In this document: one piece after another, positions 51,801 through 64,000 of the stretch
How positions within the stretch are numbered: position 1 is the first letter of the stretch
Layout: every line of letters begins with the position of its first letter
From: Glaucostegus cemiculus
Lineage: Eukaryota
Direction: 5' to 3'
Assembly (NCBI GenBank): GCA_976551045.1
Contig: CDPCPM010000103.1
Span: 4,588,001-4,652,000 of the forward strand
DNA length: 64,000 nt
Notes under the pieces: generated by a model
Told to the model about the DNA's origin: nothing
Seen by the model: the letters and a program-made list of their open reading frames with translations, nothing else
The model's database searches: none
Translations under genes and position numbers: made by a program

Positions 51801-54024
51801 GTGCTTCACAGATGTCTGACACAAAGTGACTTGATTGTTATATGCCTAATGTTACAATGTATCTACTTAAATGTAGTGATCACTTAATGTTAAAAAAAAA
51901 TCAGCTATTGATAAAATGACTGACTAATAAAATGCAAGGAGGTAAAGGCATATAGTTCTCAGTTAGTGTTTTTATATAGATCATTGTAAATTGGTTGGTC
52001 TAATAGTCAGTTATTCAGCAAAATAAACAACTTTTCCTGCTTAAATTATTGGCATGAAATGGAGCCTGAATGTTTTATGTTTTAAATCCAGTTTCCTAAG
52101 CTATTATTTAGATGATTAAAGAATATCTTTAAAGTTGCTACAGGTTCAAGAAATAGTGATTTCATATTGATTTTTGATATGTTTTTCAAGATAAAGTGCA
52201 AGTGAAATATTTTAAATTTATTTATGGGATTTATTTTTCCCACAATTGCATTTTAATTCTTTTTTTAATTAATCAAAGCTGTACACTGCAATGGATTTGC
52301 TTTCTTACATCTGGAGAGAGAATTTTTTTAAGTCCCTTCCAGTTTGCACAATAAATTATATATGCTTATTATTACTTTGCTACATAAATAATCCATTGAT
52401 ACAAAACACATTCCACAATCTTTTGAGCCAAACACACCATGTATTTGCTGTATTCAGAAGGAATCTAGAATTCCGTATCTATAAATCCTTTTGCACACCA
52501 CAAGAAGCAGAAGTTAAAATGGAAAATGACCCAACATTGTATCAAGGTGATGCCATTCAAAATCTAGAAACAATTCTTTTGTGTCAAACAAAATGGTACT
52601 CCTTTTGAAATCTTCTTTAGATAGGAGATTAATGAAATCATTAGTTGTCCTCGTGGACATCAGCCTTCTGTTGTGGCAAAGGTAACTGGCTGGAGCAGAC
52701 CAAGGTTGGAGGTTTCCTTATCAAAGCCGTGCTGCTGGATCCCAGCCTATTCCTAGCTTTATTTCCATCTAACCCCTGACACTTGATGGTGCAAAAGGCT
52801 TTTTGACTAATACCATCTTTTTACAGATTTTAATGCAATAAAATTGCCTCACAAAATGGTAAAGTTTACCAAAGGTATCATTTTCCACCCACTCTCTGAA
52901 TACACTGGATAAGAATGTAGCAATTTCAGCAAAAATCCAAGCCACTCAGATCTAATCACTGTTTAAGCCGGAGCTTTGTTCAACTGTATCTCCAGTATGG
53001 CTTGAGATGTAAATGAAATGCAAAGAAGAACAAATCTTTAAATTCTATCATAGCAGTCCCTTAGCCATTTGATGCTGTAGCCTTATCAGTCAATTATATG
53101 CATACTAAACTTTAGTGGCAGCATCAGTTGAACAGTACAGTCTAATGGTGGCTGCAATCCCACGCATTAACCAAACAAAAACTGCTTTCATAGAGTTACA
53201 GCAGACTTAATATGAGACCAAGTAAGGTCAAATCCAGCCGGCTTTACTGACTAAATCCTGAAGATCCATTCTCATTTCTACAGAAGGATCTCCTAAGCAG
53301 TTTTGGATGCTCTTTATGATACATTGATCCAAACAGACTTCCATTAAAACTTTGATGCTTTTATTTTTAAACTCAATAGCTTCCAAGCACTGCATTACTC
53401 CTCAAAGTGGTGATTCAGCTTTCAAGCATTAAGTGGCTTGTGTGTGATGGCTTTTGTTTTCTTTCATCTGCACGTGTTCTACTGGTGCTACTTCTGAAAA
53501 GTAGGAGGAACGTGGTTTCCGCATTAAACATCACTTCTTTGGTGAAATCAGCAGAATCCAACTTGTTATTTTGTTCTGAAGTTATGTTGTCTGTGTAATG
53601 AGCTTTGAAACAGATATTTACAGAATCAGGCCAGACTCTATTAACTGTTTACATTTTGGGAAGCTGCCGTTACCCTATTCTCATAACTGATTGGGGATGT
53701 GTGATATGCAGGCCTTTACCTCGAATTATTGAAGAGTATAAATAGTACTCCTGGATGTGGCAGTAAATTAGATAAATATATAACATCACTGCATGCTGAG
53801 ATCAGAATGAAATTTCACATTTCTCCATTTCTTCAGACAAATGAAAATAATAGTTGAGAAAATGATATGTAAACGGTTCAGTAGAAAGAGTTTGCTGTGT
53901 GACATAAATGGTCCTTTTGTATTCTATAATTGTATAACTTCTGACTGTTCAAAACCTGAATCTGTTGATGTCCTCTTCATTACCAAGTACCTTTATTTTT
54001 CTGCATTTGCCTCTGCCAATCAGG

Positions 54025-54200
54025 AGCTGAAACCTTCACTTGTTGTCTCCAGACTCAACTACTCTGAGGCTGGGTCAGTACCCTATCCTCCAGCCTCCAT
54101 TAATCCAAACTTCTGATGCCTGTATCCTAACAAATCCTGCTCCCCCATCATAACTGTACTCGCTGACCTATAGTGATTTTCACCCGCCAGTTTAAGATTA
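54025..54200 (+). mobile_element. L2 ORF2 C-terminal fragment
   Basis: VVSRLNYS (FVTSRLDY motif) and tcccccatcataactgtactcgctgaccta (SPITPVLADL motif). Confidence 0.65.
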
Positions 54201-54764
54201 ACAGGACAGTGATCCAGTATGAAGTAAACAGATAATGGTGCTTTCTAATTGGAGCAGCAATATCAGAAGGTAATGGATGTGCTGGATGTTCAGACAAGTC
54301 AAAAGATACAAATGGATTCAGACATTGGTCCTGAATATAGAACGAATGGAAATGTTTTTGAGAATGAATGATATCATCAAGATCTTGGGGAGGACACAGA
54401 ACTGAGTAAAGCTGCTATAAGTGAGAAGAAGACTATAATATTGCTGTTTTTAGGGCGGGAGACATCTGAGACCTTGGTGAGTCTATTAATGCCATAAGCC
54501 ATCAATAAAATTTCATGTGAGAACATAATGAAAACTTCAAAGAGATATTTTAACCAAGTGAAGCCTAAGGCTTTTAAGATCAACAACTTCGATGTGTTGG
54601 TAGGGACCCAAGGAAATGGTGCATATGTGATCAAGCTAGAAATCAGCAATAAGATTCAATATCCCAATCTTTTTAGATCATGCTTTGCAGAATTGCTTAG
54701 CGCATGGACAGGCAAATGAGAGAATTTCAGGCAAAAGTCTATCTCCAACCTTCTCTAACAACCT

Positions 54765-55145
54765 CCAAAGCAGGAAGTAGTGTGATCAAGTCCTGTCCTG
54801 GAGTACAAAAATTTAAGCTGCAGCTGCAGTGGAGAACTGATGGAGTCCTTCACCATCAGGTAGTCTTTTGAAAGAGATATTTAAATTAACTATCCTCTCA
54901 GCTAGACAAGCTAGATTTCATGGCACTCTCTAGGAAAAGTGCAGGGCTATTAGCAGTGGTGTCTGCTTGAGACTTATTCCTCATGCAACATCACAAAAAT
55001 AGATTAACTAATAATTATCACATTGCCATTTGTGCAAGTTGGCTGTTCTCTTTTTTGACTATATTTCAAAAGGATTCATTAGCTGTAAAAAACTTTGCAA
55101 CAAACTGAGAATATAAAAGGCACTACATAACTGCAACCAATTTTT
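54765..55145 (+). mobile_element. Decayed Deu-domain SINE
   Basis: cctctcagctagac...atttcatggcact...ttattcctcatgcaacatcacaaaaatagatta...attatcacattgccatttgtg...aaaggcactacataactgcaa is colinear with the DeuSINE body and tail as recalled. Confidence 0.65.
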
Positions 55146-55559
55146 TTTCTTATGTGTTCAGATATCAATAAACTCAACAAGCTTACACTAGCACAGCCCC
55201 CAGGTTTGGCCGACCATTGGTTGTTGAGCTAAAGAATCTAGCAATGTTAATTTTTGTCTGAGGTGTCTTAAGATTTTTTTTGTACATTAGTGGTTCCTTT
55301 TATTGGCTTGGATTTTGCAGTCAGCATTGTGCAGTGTTAACTTGTGCTGTATTCCACAATAAATCTAGATCTACCCAGCATAATTCTCTCAGTGGAAACT
55401 TTCAGAAGCATAGGGAAGAATCCTTGGCGGTAGAAAATTGGATCATGGGAGAGCATCCTTGCTTATGATCGTGAACCATTTGTAAACAGTACCTGAGGAT
55501 GAGTGTAGAAGTAGAGTGGTAGGAATGATGGATAACCTGTGAGTTAATGTTCACTTCCT

Positions 55560-55810
55560 ACCATTTATGCTGGGCTTCCGTGTGCTCTCAACTCAATGCT
55601 CCTTTTCCATCTTGAGCTGCCATGGGCTGGTGTTTCCCAGAAGTCAGTGGGGATGGTGCATTTTTTTCAAGGAGACCTTGTGCACATCCTTGAATCTTTT
55701 ACTCTAACCACCCAGTAATCTTACCTCACAGCAGAGCCCGAGAGCATTTGTTTCAATGGTCTGGTGTCAGACATGTGAGTGATGTGTCTTGCATAATGTA
55801 GCTGACTAAG
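55560..55810 (-). mobile_element. RTE LINE C-terminal fragment
   Basis: Minus strand reads HITHMSDTRPLKQ...KRFKDVHKVSLKKMHHP-like, similar to RTE C-termini. Confidence 0.6.
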
Positions 55811-56862
55811 CACAGGACACTGATATTGGTTTGCTTACCCTTCCGATGACAAGAAGATAAGGAATGGACCAATTTGGAATTCTTGGAAATCCTCTGACCC
55901 ATCAAGGTTATCAAAACAACTCCAGATCAGTATCTCCCTGACTTCCCATGAGCAACGACTTTTGCCCCAGTTCTAACCATGGTGATGGGAATGGCAGCAT
56001 GGTTAAAACCATCTGGAGCAATGAGTTTGAATCCAGCTGAGGCAGATGATGAATTTAATTCAAATTGACCATAATACATCTGTAATTTGCCTCTGAAGCA
56101 CTTTAGACATCACTGAGATCATGAAAAATGCTATATAAATGAAAGTCTATCATTTTTTTTTGCTCTTTACGTATTTTAACAGGTGACTTGCTGGTTTCAA
56201 CAGTGGCAACTTGCATTCTGCTTCAGTGTACTGAGCTACTCTGGTGATATAATCAGACTTGTAACACCTTTCATCTTTGCTTCCCACTGAAAAAATATAA
56301 TGTCCTTTTTATATTGGCACCTGCTGCAGCTTGTCAATAAATTTCATGCAGCAAGCAGCAGTAGGTGTCACAAGGAGTTCCAATGTGAAAAGGTAAGGAT
56401 TATCAGTTTTAGCCCCTAATGAGGTCTCCGTTTTATATTACTAGCAGCATAATGATAGTGATAAGAGTTGAAAACAAAATGGAACAAAATCTTTGTCCTT
56501 GTGGTCAAATTCCACAGGATTTCTGCCTTTCCTTGTGAAATGATGATGTAAAATTTGGCTGTGTATTGCTTGTTCTGTGGATGTAATGAGTACCAAAATG
56601 CATCCAACGTGAAGTTCAATGTGTTTACACACATTTGTCGTATGAGTCTCAGCTCTCACCTGCCCACCGTATCAAAAAGAGCACTATCACATGTGATGCC
56701 CACACACAGCAGGAGTGTACAGAGCAGGTAGGTCCAGATGTCAATCAATGTAAATTGCTGGCCTGCTAAATTGGACGTTATGCCATGTGTTAAACATGCA
56801 GGGAGAATCAAGAGATTAGCAGCAGGAAAGACTGTCCACCTGTGCTACTTAGAGCAATCATT

Positions 56863-57500
56863 AATCATAGAATCATCGAGTCACTATGGCTCAGAGGAAG
56901 ACAATTCTGCCCATTGAGTTTGTGCTGGTTCCTTGCAGAGCACTCCCATCATTCCCATTCCCCACTCTTCCTCCACAGCCCCGCAAATTATCCTTTGATT
57001 GCCTTTTGAAAACCCTCTGTTGCCACACTTACAGATAATGAGTTCCAGGTTGTTATTATTCTCTGCATAAAAAAAGATATCCCTTTGCATATTTTGCCCC
57101 ATGGTCCTCAAAATTTCTGCTAACAAGAATGGTTTCTTTCTATTTACTCTATCATGATTTTGTACTCCTCTGTAATATTTCTTCCTTATCTTGTTTGCAC
57201 AAAGGAGAACAGCCACAACTTCTCCAGTCTAACATTATGGATGAAATCCCTCAACCCTGGAAACATTCTAGTAAATCTTATCTACACCCTCTCTGCATTC
57301 TCTGTATCCTTCCTAAAGAGAGGTGACCAGAATAGTAAACAAAACTTAGATAGCCTATCTGGTGTTTGATAAAGATTCAACATGAGCATTCCTTTTTTTT
57401 TACTTTGTGAATCCCAGTGTCCCATATGTTTTATGAAGCACTTTCTCAATATGTCTACCACTTTCAATGACTTAAGCACATACTGTATACAACCAGATTC
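56863..57500 (-). mobile_element. CR1 3' portion
   Basis: atcatagaatcat tail, and ORFs 56884 and 57282 similar to the CR1 C-terminus (FCLLFWSPLFRKD). Confidence 0.7.
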
Positions 57501-57566
57501 CTCTAGTCCTATACTCACGGTTTACTTGTTGATTACAATACTCAAGAATTGTATCAAGAATACATA

Positions 57567-58080
57567 AGAAGCTGCAGAGAATTGTGGACTCAGCCCAATA
57601 CATCATGGGCACATCCCTCACCACCGTCAGTAATATCTACATGAGGTGCTACCTCAAGAAGGCAACATTCATCATCAAGGTTCCCTACCATCTTGGTCAT
57701 GCCATTTTCTCATAGCTACCATCAGGCAGGAGGTATAGAAGCTTGACGTCTCACACCACCAGGTTCAAGAACAGCTACTTCCCTTCAGCCATTTGGTTCT
57801 TGAACCAACCAGCACAACACTAATCACTACCTCAGTACAGCAACATTATGACCACTTTGATTACTTTGCACTACAATGGACTTTGATTTTGTTTTATTCT
57901 AATTGTATTCTTTCTTGTAAAAATTGTGTATAATTTATGTGCAATTTATGCTTTTCTTGTGAATGCTGCATATATGAAGCTGTGTGCCTGTGATGCTGCT
58001 GCATTTAAGTTTTACATTGCACCTGTGCATACATGTACTTGTGCATATGACAATAAACTCAACTTTGACTTTGAATTTGA
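57567..58080 (+). mobile_element. Rex1/Babar-type LINE 3' end
   Basis: KLQRIVDSAQYIMGTSL...FIIKVPYHLGHAIFS.LPSGRRYRSL, with AATAAA plus a (CTTTGA)n tail. Confidence 0.85.
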
Positions 58081-58398
58081 GGTGGATCTCAGCCTGTGAA
58101 TATGCACATTCACAGGCATCATCCACGTACTGCAGCTAAATGAGTGAAGTTGTAATGACCTTGGTTCTGGAGATGAGGTACTGTAGGTTGAACAGTTTCC
58201 ACCTAGATTAGTTACTCTTCAGTAGGAAAGTTGTTGGTGATGATAAAGCTGGGGAGCGGTATTGGGAGTGATGATGTGATCTTCCATGACACCAGTCTGC
58301 CCTGGGATTGGTGAGTTTGCTGTGAAGAATTTGGCTAAGATTAGTGCTTGCTTGCCATCATAAAGCAAATGTAAGATGGAGACAAATTTCTATGGGCT

Positions 58399-58496
58399 TT
58401 AATTTAATTTTATTTACAGCATGGTAACAGGCCCTTTTGGCCCAACGAGTCCACGCCACCCATTTTAAACCCCAAATTAACCTACCCGTACGTCTT
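58399..58496 (-). mobile_element. SINE 3' fragment
   Basis: ggtaacaggcccttttggcccaacgagtcc...taacctacccgtacgtctt: CR1-type tail running into the V-domain boundary. Confidence 0.65.
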
Positions 58497-58559
58497 ATTT
58501 TAGAAGGTGATTTACAGTCGTTCTCAACAAATGAAGGTAGAGGCTTTTGTGAGGTCATA

Positions 58560-59215
58560 AGAAGTCCTTGTATAGTGGTTAATGTTGTTGCATGGTGATG
58601 ATTATGTTCATTGTGCTTCTAGATGGAGAGGATTCACCCTTTGGCCATTGGAAGGAGTTAGTTGTGGAGCTCTGGTGATGATTATGGCAGACAGCAGGAA
58701 GACACCTGTGCAGTTAATACAGGTAGATTGATCTCCTTCTTGAAGATGGTGGCAGTTATGGCACTCATTGGCATGTCTTCCTCTTTGTAAGCAATGTGAT
58801 GATGTTCTGAACTTGTGACTTAAGTGCCTCTCCACTCAGCTTTCCCACCTAAGAACTCCTTGCATTTGCAACTAATTAGCCCCTGGAGCTTCTAGTCATC
58901 AAACCAGCCCTGGTAGAGATGCCAAGTTTTACGATGTCTGCTTCTGAGATCTTGCTGATTTCAGCCGGCATATGGCCTTTTCACATTCTTGTCAATCAGG
59001 AAGGATGGGAAGGCTGGACAGAATAGTTTGCTGCAAAATGGGGTCAATCACATATTCACGGTTGAGAAGTACTTGAGTGTTTCTTCTAGCAGGCCCTGGC
59101 TGCCTCTCTGTCCTTGATGAGTTCACCTCCATCATCTCTCAGTGAGGTAGGGCCCTTGGTTTTTTGGGCTGTAGATGCCATCGACAGTGTTGAAGAATAT
59201 CTGCATGTCATAGGT
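58560..59215 (-). mobile_element. Decayed RTE LINE fragment
   Basis: ORF 58608 EGDQSTCINCTGVFLLSA matches the RT-proximal motif KGDKSDCGNYRGISLLS. Confidence 0.65.
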
Positions 59216-59392
59216 CCTGGCCCTCATGCACTCATGCACTAAAGTGTATCTTCAATTGGGTAACACTGAGGTAAATAAGGTCAAGCAATGGAATTCCTCG
59301 ACTATTATTTCAAATTAGCTGCATAGTCCTTCTGAGATTTTCAAGTGCTCCTCCACATCAAAATCTCCAATAGTCTGCCTTTTAAGTAAATA

Positions 59393-59705
59393 AGTCATAC
59401 AACACAGAAACAGGCTTTTTGACCCACTACATCTGCATCAACCAGTAAGCACTCATTCATACCAATCCCATTTTTCCTCTCACATCCCCATTAACTAGCC
59501 CCCTTCCCATACTCCTGCACACCCATCTACACAAGGGACCATTTACAGTTGTCAGTTAACATATCATCCTGTATGTGAGCACACGAGTGGAAACTAGATA
59601 CCTGGGGGAACGTGCAAACTCCACACATACAGCATCTAAGGTCAGGGTTTAACCCAGGTTTTTGAAGCTATAAGCAACAGCACTGACTGCTGCACCACTG
59701 CACCA
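59393..59705 (-). mobile_element. Decayed tRNA-derived V-SINE (HE1-like)
   Basis: ggggaacgtgcaaactccacac...tttaacccagg...ctgctgcaccactgcacc, with CR1-like tail acacagaaacaggc. Confidence 0.7.
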
Positions 59706-59710
59706 CTTCT

Positions 59711-59770
59711 GCACTGTGTGTTTCGATGTATGTGTGACTAATAAAGATATCTTACCCTTATCATATCTTA
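59711..59770 (+). mobile_element. V-SINE 3' tail fragment
   Basis: cactgtgtgtttcgatgtatgtgtgactaataaagat is the reverse complement of 27130-27167. Confidence 0.8.
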
Positions 59771-59890
59771 ATGTCAGTAAAGGACATCCTGGATCTTGAC
59801 TAGTGATGATGCCAAACATAAATCTCAGCCAAAACTTGTATCTGCTTGGAAATTCCCCAGGGATGCTATAACAACAAACTGTCCTACAGA

Positions 59891-60022
59891 ATCCAGATGA
59901 AGGGTCTCGACCAAAAACATCAAATGTCCTTTTCCCTCCATAGCTGCTGCCTGACCTGCTGAGTTCCCCCAGCACTTTGTGCATTGCTCCAGATTCCAGC
60001 ATCTACGGTGTCTTGTGTCTCC
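59891..60022 (+). mobile_element. Single-arm Penelope-derived element with decayed hammerhead-like motif
   Basis: ccagatgaagggtctcgaccaaaaacatc...gctgcctgacctgctgagttcccccagca...ccagattccagcatct. Confidence 0.8.
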
Positions 60023-60304
60023 ATTTTGCAGCATCTTCTCGGGATGGTTTGTGCACATGACTCTGCCTTCAGCTGGCTCTTACACTCTATCATCACAGAC
60101 TCTTAAAGAGCTGCTCACCACTCTGGGCATTTTTGTCACTAAAACCTCTAGCATTGTTGTGAAGGTTCCTCATTATGGTAATGCTCTCTCAAACTTTTGA
60201 TCGATGTTATATTAGTCCCCATAATATTCAATCATCCTGTATTCTGAGAAATTAATTGGAATTTTCCTAATTTCTTGATAATCCGTGCACACTTGTTTCA
60301 ATTG

Positions 60305-60490
60305 AAAACATTTGCACTTACATTGTATTTTCAATGTAACAAAATATTGCAGGCAATGACAGTGGCCCACAAGGAGCTACTTGGGCAGATGACAGAAAGC
60401 TTGATCTTTAAGGGTTGTTCAGTGGTGGGAGAGAGAGGCAGGGAGATTCAAAGAGGGAATTCTGGAGCTTAGAACCTTGGCAGCTCCATC
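60305..60490 (-). mobile_element. L2 3' fragment
   Basis: gatgacagaaagcttg...gagggaattctggagcttagaaccttggcagct resembles the reverse complement of an L2 3' end. Confidence 0.5.
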
Positions 60491-60639
60491 AGATATACTG
60501 TATTTATTTAATGGCCGTAGAGCTTTGGGAAAACTGTGGTGGGCTTTCAGTGGAAGCTCCAGGCCTTTTATTCCATGGCCCCACACAGCCAGAGGGAGAA
60601 CTCCAGCACACTCACAGATTGACCCAAAACAAAACTCCC

Positions 60640-61360
60640 ACATTCCACAACGGATTTAACTTACTGACCGCACAAACAAACACAAACTCGCAGGGCAGGA
60701 GAACGAATAAAGAGCGCCCGATGGTGACAATCATTACAGCCAGAAGTCCCTGTGCCACTGCGGACCATCAGTTGGCAGCGCGGGGTTGTTCGTGAGGGGA
60801 AGAGCCGGCGCCCCCCCCCCTTCCCCCACCGTCGCAAACCTACATATAAAGCTACCCCTGGATACCCAGCAAATGCTGGCTTCAAAAATCGCAATGGAAA
60901 GGTAACAGACCGGCCATCAATGGCCTCACAGTGCTATTAGTGTGAAGGTAAGTCATGTAAGCAACTCTTTCTGCTTCCCTCCCAATTAATTTCCTTTGAT
61001 GCTCTCTAATGATCTTCGGTTACACGGCTTGGAAAAAGGCAGCGGTCACCCGATCGCCACAGATCTCCTTGACTGCCCGTCTCACAACAGTGTTTTGTTC
61101 TTTATCGCCGTTCCACACACCTCAGATGGTCTCACAGTAAATCCTGTCAGATAACCACCTCACAGAAAGTGCTGTGATGTCAGATGTAAAGAATGCCACC
61201 TAGGGTTTTGTACAGGGGGTAGTGGAGGGGGGAAAGGACAGGAGCCGGGTAAACAATGACCGTCTTGTCTGCTAATGCCCGCTCCGCAGCTGAGTGGAAA
61301 TGCTACTTCCAGCGCTAATCTACAAACAGAATTAAACTTGTTGAAAGACGCCAGATAAAC
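60640..61360. promoter_or_regulatory. Isolated CpG-retaining island, candidate distal enhancer/insulator
   Basis: Many CpGs in an otherwise CpG-depleted region. TCF site CCTTTGATG 60993, CAATTAATT 60983, imperfect CTCF-like CCATCAGTTGGCAGC 60765. Confidence 0.55.
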
Positions 61361-61869
61361 AGAATTGCCGTTTTCCATATTAAATAAAATGAAAACGTGC
61401 TTTGTAGCTGGTCATCTATTTGAATAAAATTGTTTTCCAATAGCTCTGGTTGATTTTTTTGAATAGGATTAAAATCGACCAAAAAACACAGCACCTTGTG
61501 AGCGCACTGCTGCAGAAGCAGTCTTTTAGCTTAATGAGAAGCCACCTTGAAATAAGCAGATTTGAGAAATCAACCAGATCCACTCCAGCATTGATTTCCA
61601 CTGGTAAAAAAAGGAAATGAATGTTTTTGTTTCTAAATGCACACTGATTTTTGGCCCTGGACTATGTTAAAATTCAAATAATCCAACATCAGCAACTTTG
61701 AAAAATCTTGCCTTCGACAAATGGTGTTATACTTCCACATAGGCTACATAAGAATTATACAACTTTAAATACAGCCTCAAATTGTGAATGGGTAAGAATT
61801 TTCTCCGATTTAACACCAGAATGATTGAAACCACTTTATTCAATTATAAATCAGCAATGGCCTCTCATA

Positions 61870-62175
61870 TTCTTCCACCTTTATTTTCTCAGGCTGAGCC
61901 CAGCACTGCATAGTCGTACCACTCAGCGTTGAGTTCAATGTTTCATGATATGTAAAATCAAAACCGTCTATTTCCACCCATTCAAAGCCATCTGTCCCTT
62001 CTTCCATTTCTCCCTAAAACTCTTGCCACACCCAGTTTTGGCATTTCAGCTCTATTGAAAGGTCAGAAATGTTAGCTCTGTTTCTCTCTTCACAGATGCT
62101 GCCTGACCTGCTGAGTAGTCTCAACATTTTTTGTTTTTATTTCAGATTTCCAGCAGCTGCAGTTCTTTGCTTTTC
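61870..62175 (+). mobile_element. Penelope-like element 3' remnant
   Basis: actcagcgttgagttcaatg (GLNIEF-like ORF end), followed by the shared terminal cagatgctgcctgacctgctgagt...ttcagatttccagca. Confidence 0.6.
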
Positions 62176-62194
62176 AGGTTGGCATGTTCTATGC

Positions 62195-62545
62195 TGTTAC
62201 CACCAGCTCACTAAATCTGCAATTGAACAAAAACCATATTGCTGTCACCTTGTTCTGTAGTGAGCCCCATTCTCCTACAACTCCCTCCTTGCTAGTCTCT
62301 ATTGACTCTCCATCCTCCAGCATCTTTAGTTTAAGATATTTGTCCAGGGCCTTAGCTCCAGCTCTATGACCTCCACCAGCCTTTAAATCAACATACATCC
62401 TCAACCCCTCAGACACTGGAATGCTTTGCAAATCCCTTCCTCACTGCTTTACCATTAATGAAAGGCAATTCAGTTGCCTTTGTCCCATTCTCTAGAACTC
62501 TCAATTTTGTGATGCCTCTCTACTCCTACAGAAGTTTCCTCAAAA
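62195..62545 (+). mobile_element. L2 3' fragment
   Basis: LQLNKNHIAVTL...HSPTTPSL resembles L2 LQLIQNSAARIL...SPITPVL. Confidence 0.55.
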
Positions 62546-62689
62546 GTTCCCTTTATTCCTGCATGGAGTTCTATTCCTGGAAACTTCATATAGCCAGAAA
62601 CAATTTGGGCAATGGGACCAAACTGTGGCTTATGCTCATGTAGCATTCTCCCACTCTTCTGCAGATAGCTGAATTTTTTATATCATTCC

Positions 62690-63500
62690 ATTCCTCTTCC
62701 ATGTTTTTCGATCCAGCTTTCTGGACAACTTAACTAATGTGTGTGACAGTGAGAACCAAATTCTAACCATTCCATGCGTAAAGAAGTACCCCTTCAACTC
62801 TCTACTAGTTTATCAGTGACTTACGTTTGTGGTCTCTCATTCTAATTGCCTCAATAGTGGAACCACTTCTACATCCACCATATCAAACATATTAATGTAT
62901 CAAATTCTTATCAGAACACCCATCAGTCTTCTCTTCTTTAGAGTGCAGAACCAAGTTTTCTATGTTTCCTGTGAGATATATTCTCTCAGTAAGTTCCAGT
63001 AAATCCTTTCGGGTTGCCTTTTTATGATATGGAGACCAGAATTGTCTAGAATCAATAATCCAAATGGAGTCTAATCAAGTTTCTACACAAAAACATAATT
63101 TCTCTGCTTTTCAATTATTTTCCTTTAGGAATTACCTGGAGTATTTTGTTTGTTTGTTTGTGACTTTAATAACATGTGACATTACTTGGTGTGATTTTTG
63201 TTTACCTGTATCCAGACATCCCTCCTTGCCCTCACCTCATTTAGAATCATGTGCTTCCTTCTGGAATGTATCAGCTGACAGAATAGCCTATCATATCCAA
63301 AGCTTTGTGGCAGTTTTCCTCTGTTAACATCTCCCCAAATGAACATCATCCACAAATTTTGAAATCATACTTCAGTTCTAGAGTCCAAACATTTATGTAA
63401 ATGGTGAACCACAGTGGTTAGGGCACCAGTCCTGCAGAGCACGGCAACTCAGCATTTTCCTGAGATCCCCACCACTGCAGAAGCCAGTCTCCAGCCAATC
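62690..63500 (-). mobile_element. Old CR1 fragment
   Basis: atatggagaccagaattg (QFWSP on minus), catcatccacaaattt (KFVDD) and gggcaccagtcctgcagagcac (VPQG region). Confidence 0.6.
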
Positions 63501-63504
63501 TAAT

Positions 63505-63920
63505 TCATGGAGTCATAGAGTCATAAAACACAGAAACAGGCCTTTCGGTCCACCATGTTCATGTCAACCATCAAGTACCTTGTTCATGCCAACATTAAGT
63601 ACCCATCTGTCCTAATCCCATTTGTCCATAGCCTTCTATGCCTTGGCAATTCAAGTGCTTGTCCATATACTTTTAAGATGTTCTGAGAGTACCTGCCTCC
63701 ACCACTTTCTCAGCTAGTGCATTCCAGATTCCAACAAACCTCTGGGTGAAAACCTTTTCCTCAGATCTCCTCTACCCTTCTTATTCCTCACCTTAAACCC
63801 ACACCCTCTGATTTTAGACATCTCTATAATGCAGAAAAGTTTCTCACTCTCCAACCTTTCTATGCATCTCATATTTTACATACCTCTTATCAGGTCCCCC
63901 ATCAGCCTCCTCCACTCCAC
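63505..63920 (-). mobile_element. CR1 3' end
   Basis: (catagagt)n tail, acacagaaacaggcctttcgg, gcattccagattccaacaaacctctgggtgaaaa. Confidence 0.8.
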
Positions 63921-64000
63921 TCCATGTTATCATGAAATAACTGAGAGTACTGGATACAGCAAGGCTTTAGAACCAGAAGACGTTCCAGCCGTAACACTGA

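Overview
Vertebrate genomic DNA, most likely a cartilaginous fish (shark or ray), inferred from the repeat complement: V-SINEs, Deu-domain SINEs, CR1, L2, RTE, Rex/Babar and Penelope remnants. The only supportable host gene is the homeobox gene otx2 on the + strand. It has coding exons 6822-6918, 7364-7515 and 8153-8776 (290 aa) and a 3'UTR to about 9537. It sits in an ~18.5 kb domain that retains CpG and is almost free of transposons. The remaining ~45 kb is CpG-depleted gene desert with decayed retroelements and several candidate enhancers. The most unusual signal is a set of short Penelope-derived fold-back elements carrying minimal hammerhead-ribozyme motifs; one (43479-43709) has a perfect 16-bp target-site duplication. 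Ribozymes in Penelope-like elements are a known phenomenon, so I do not claim a wholly new system. Repeat family calls and cross-species comparisons are from recognition by eye, and repeat boundaries are approximate.
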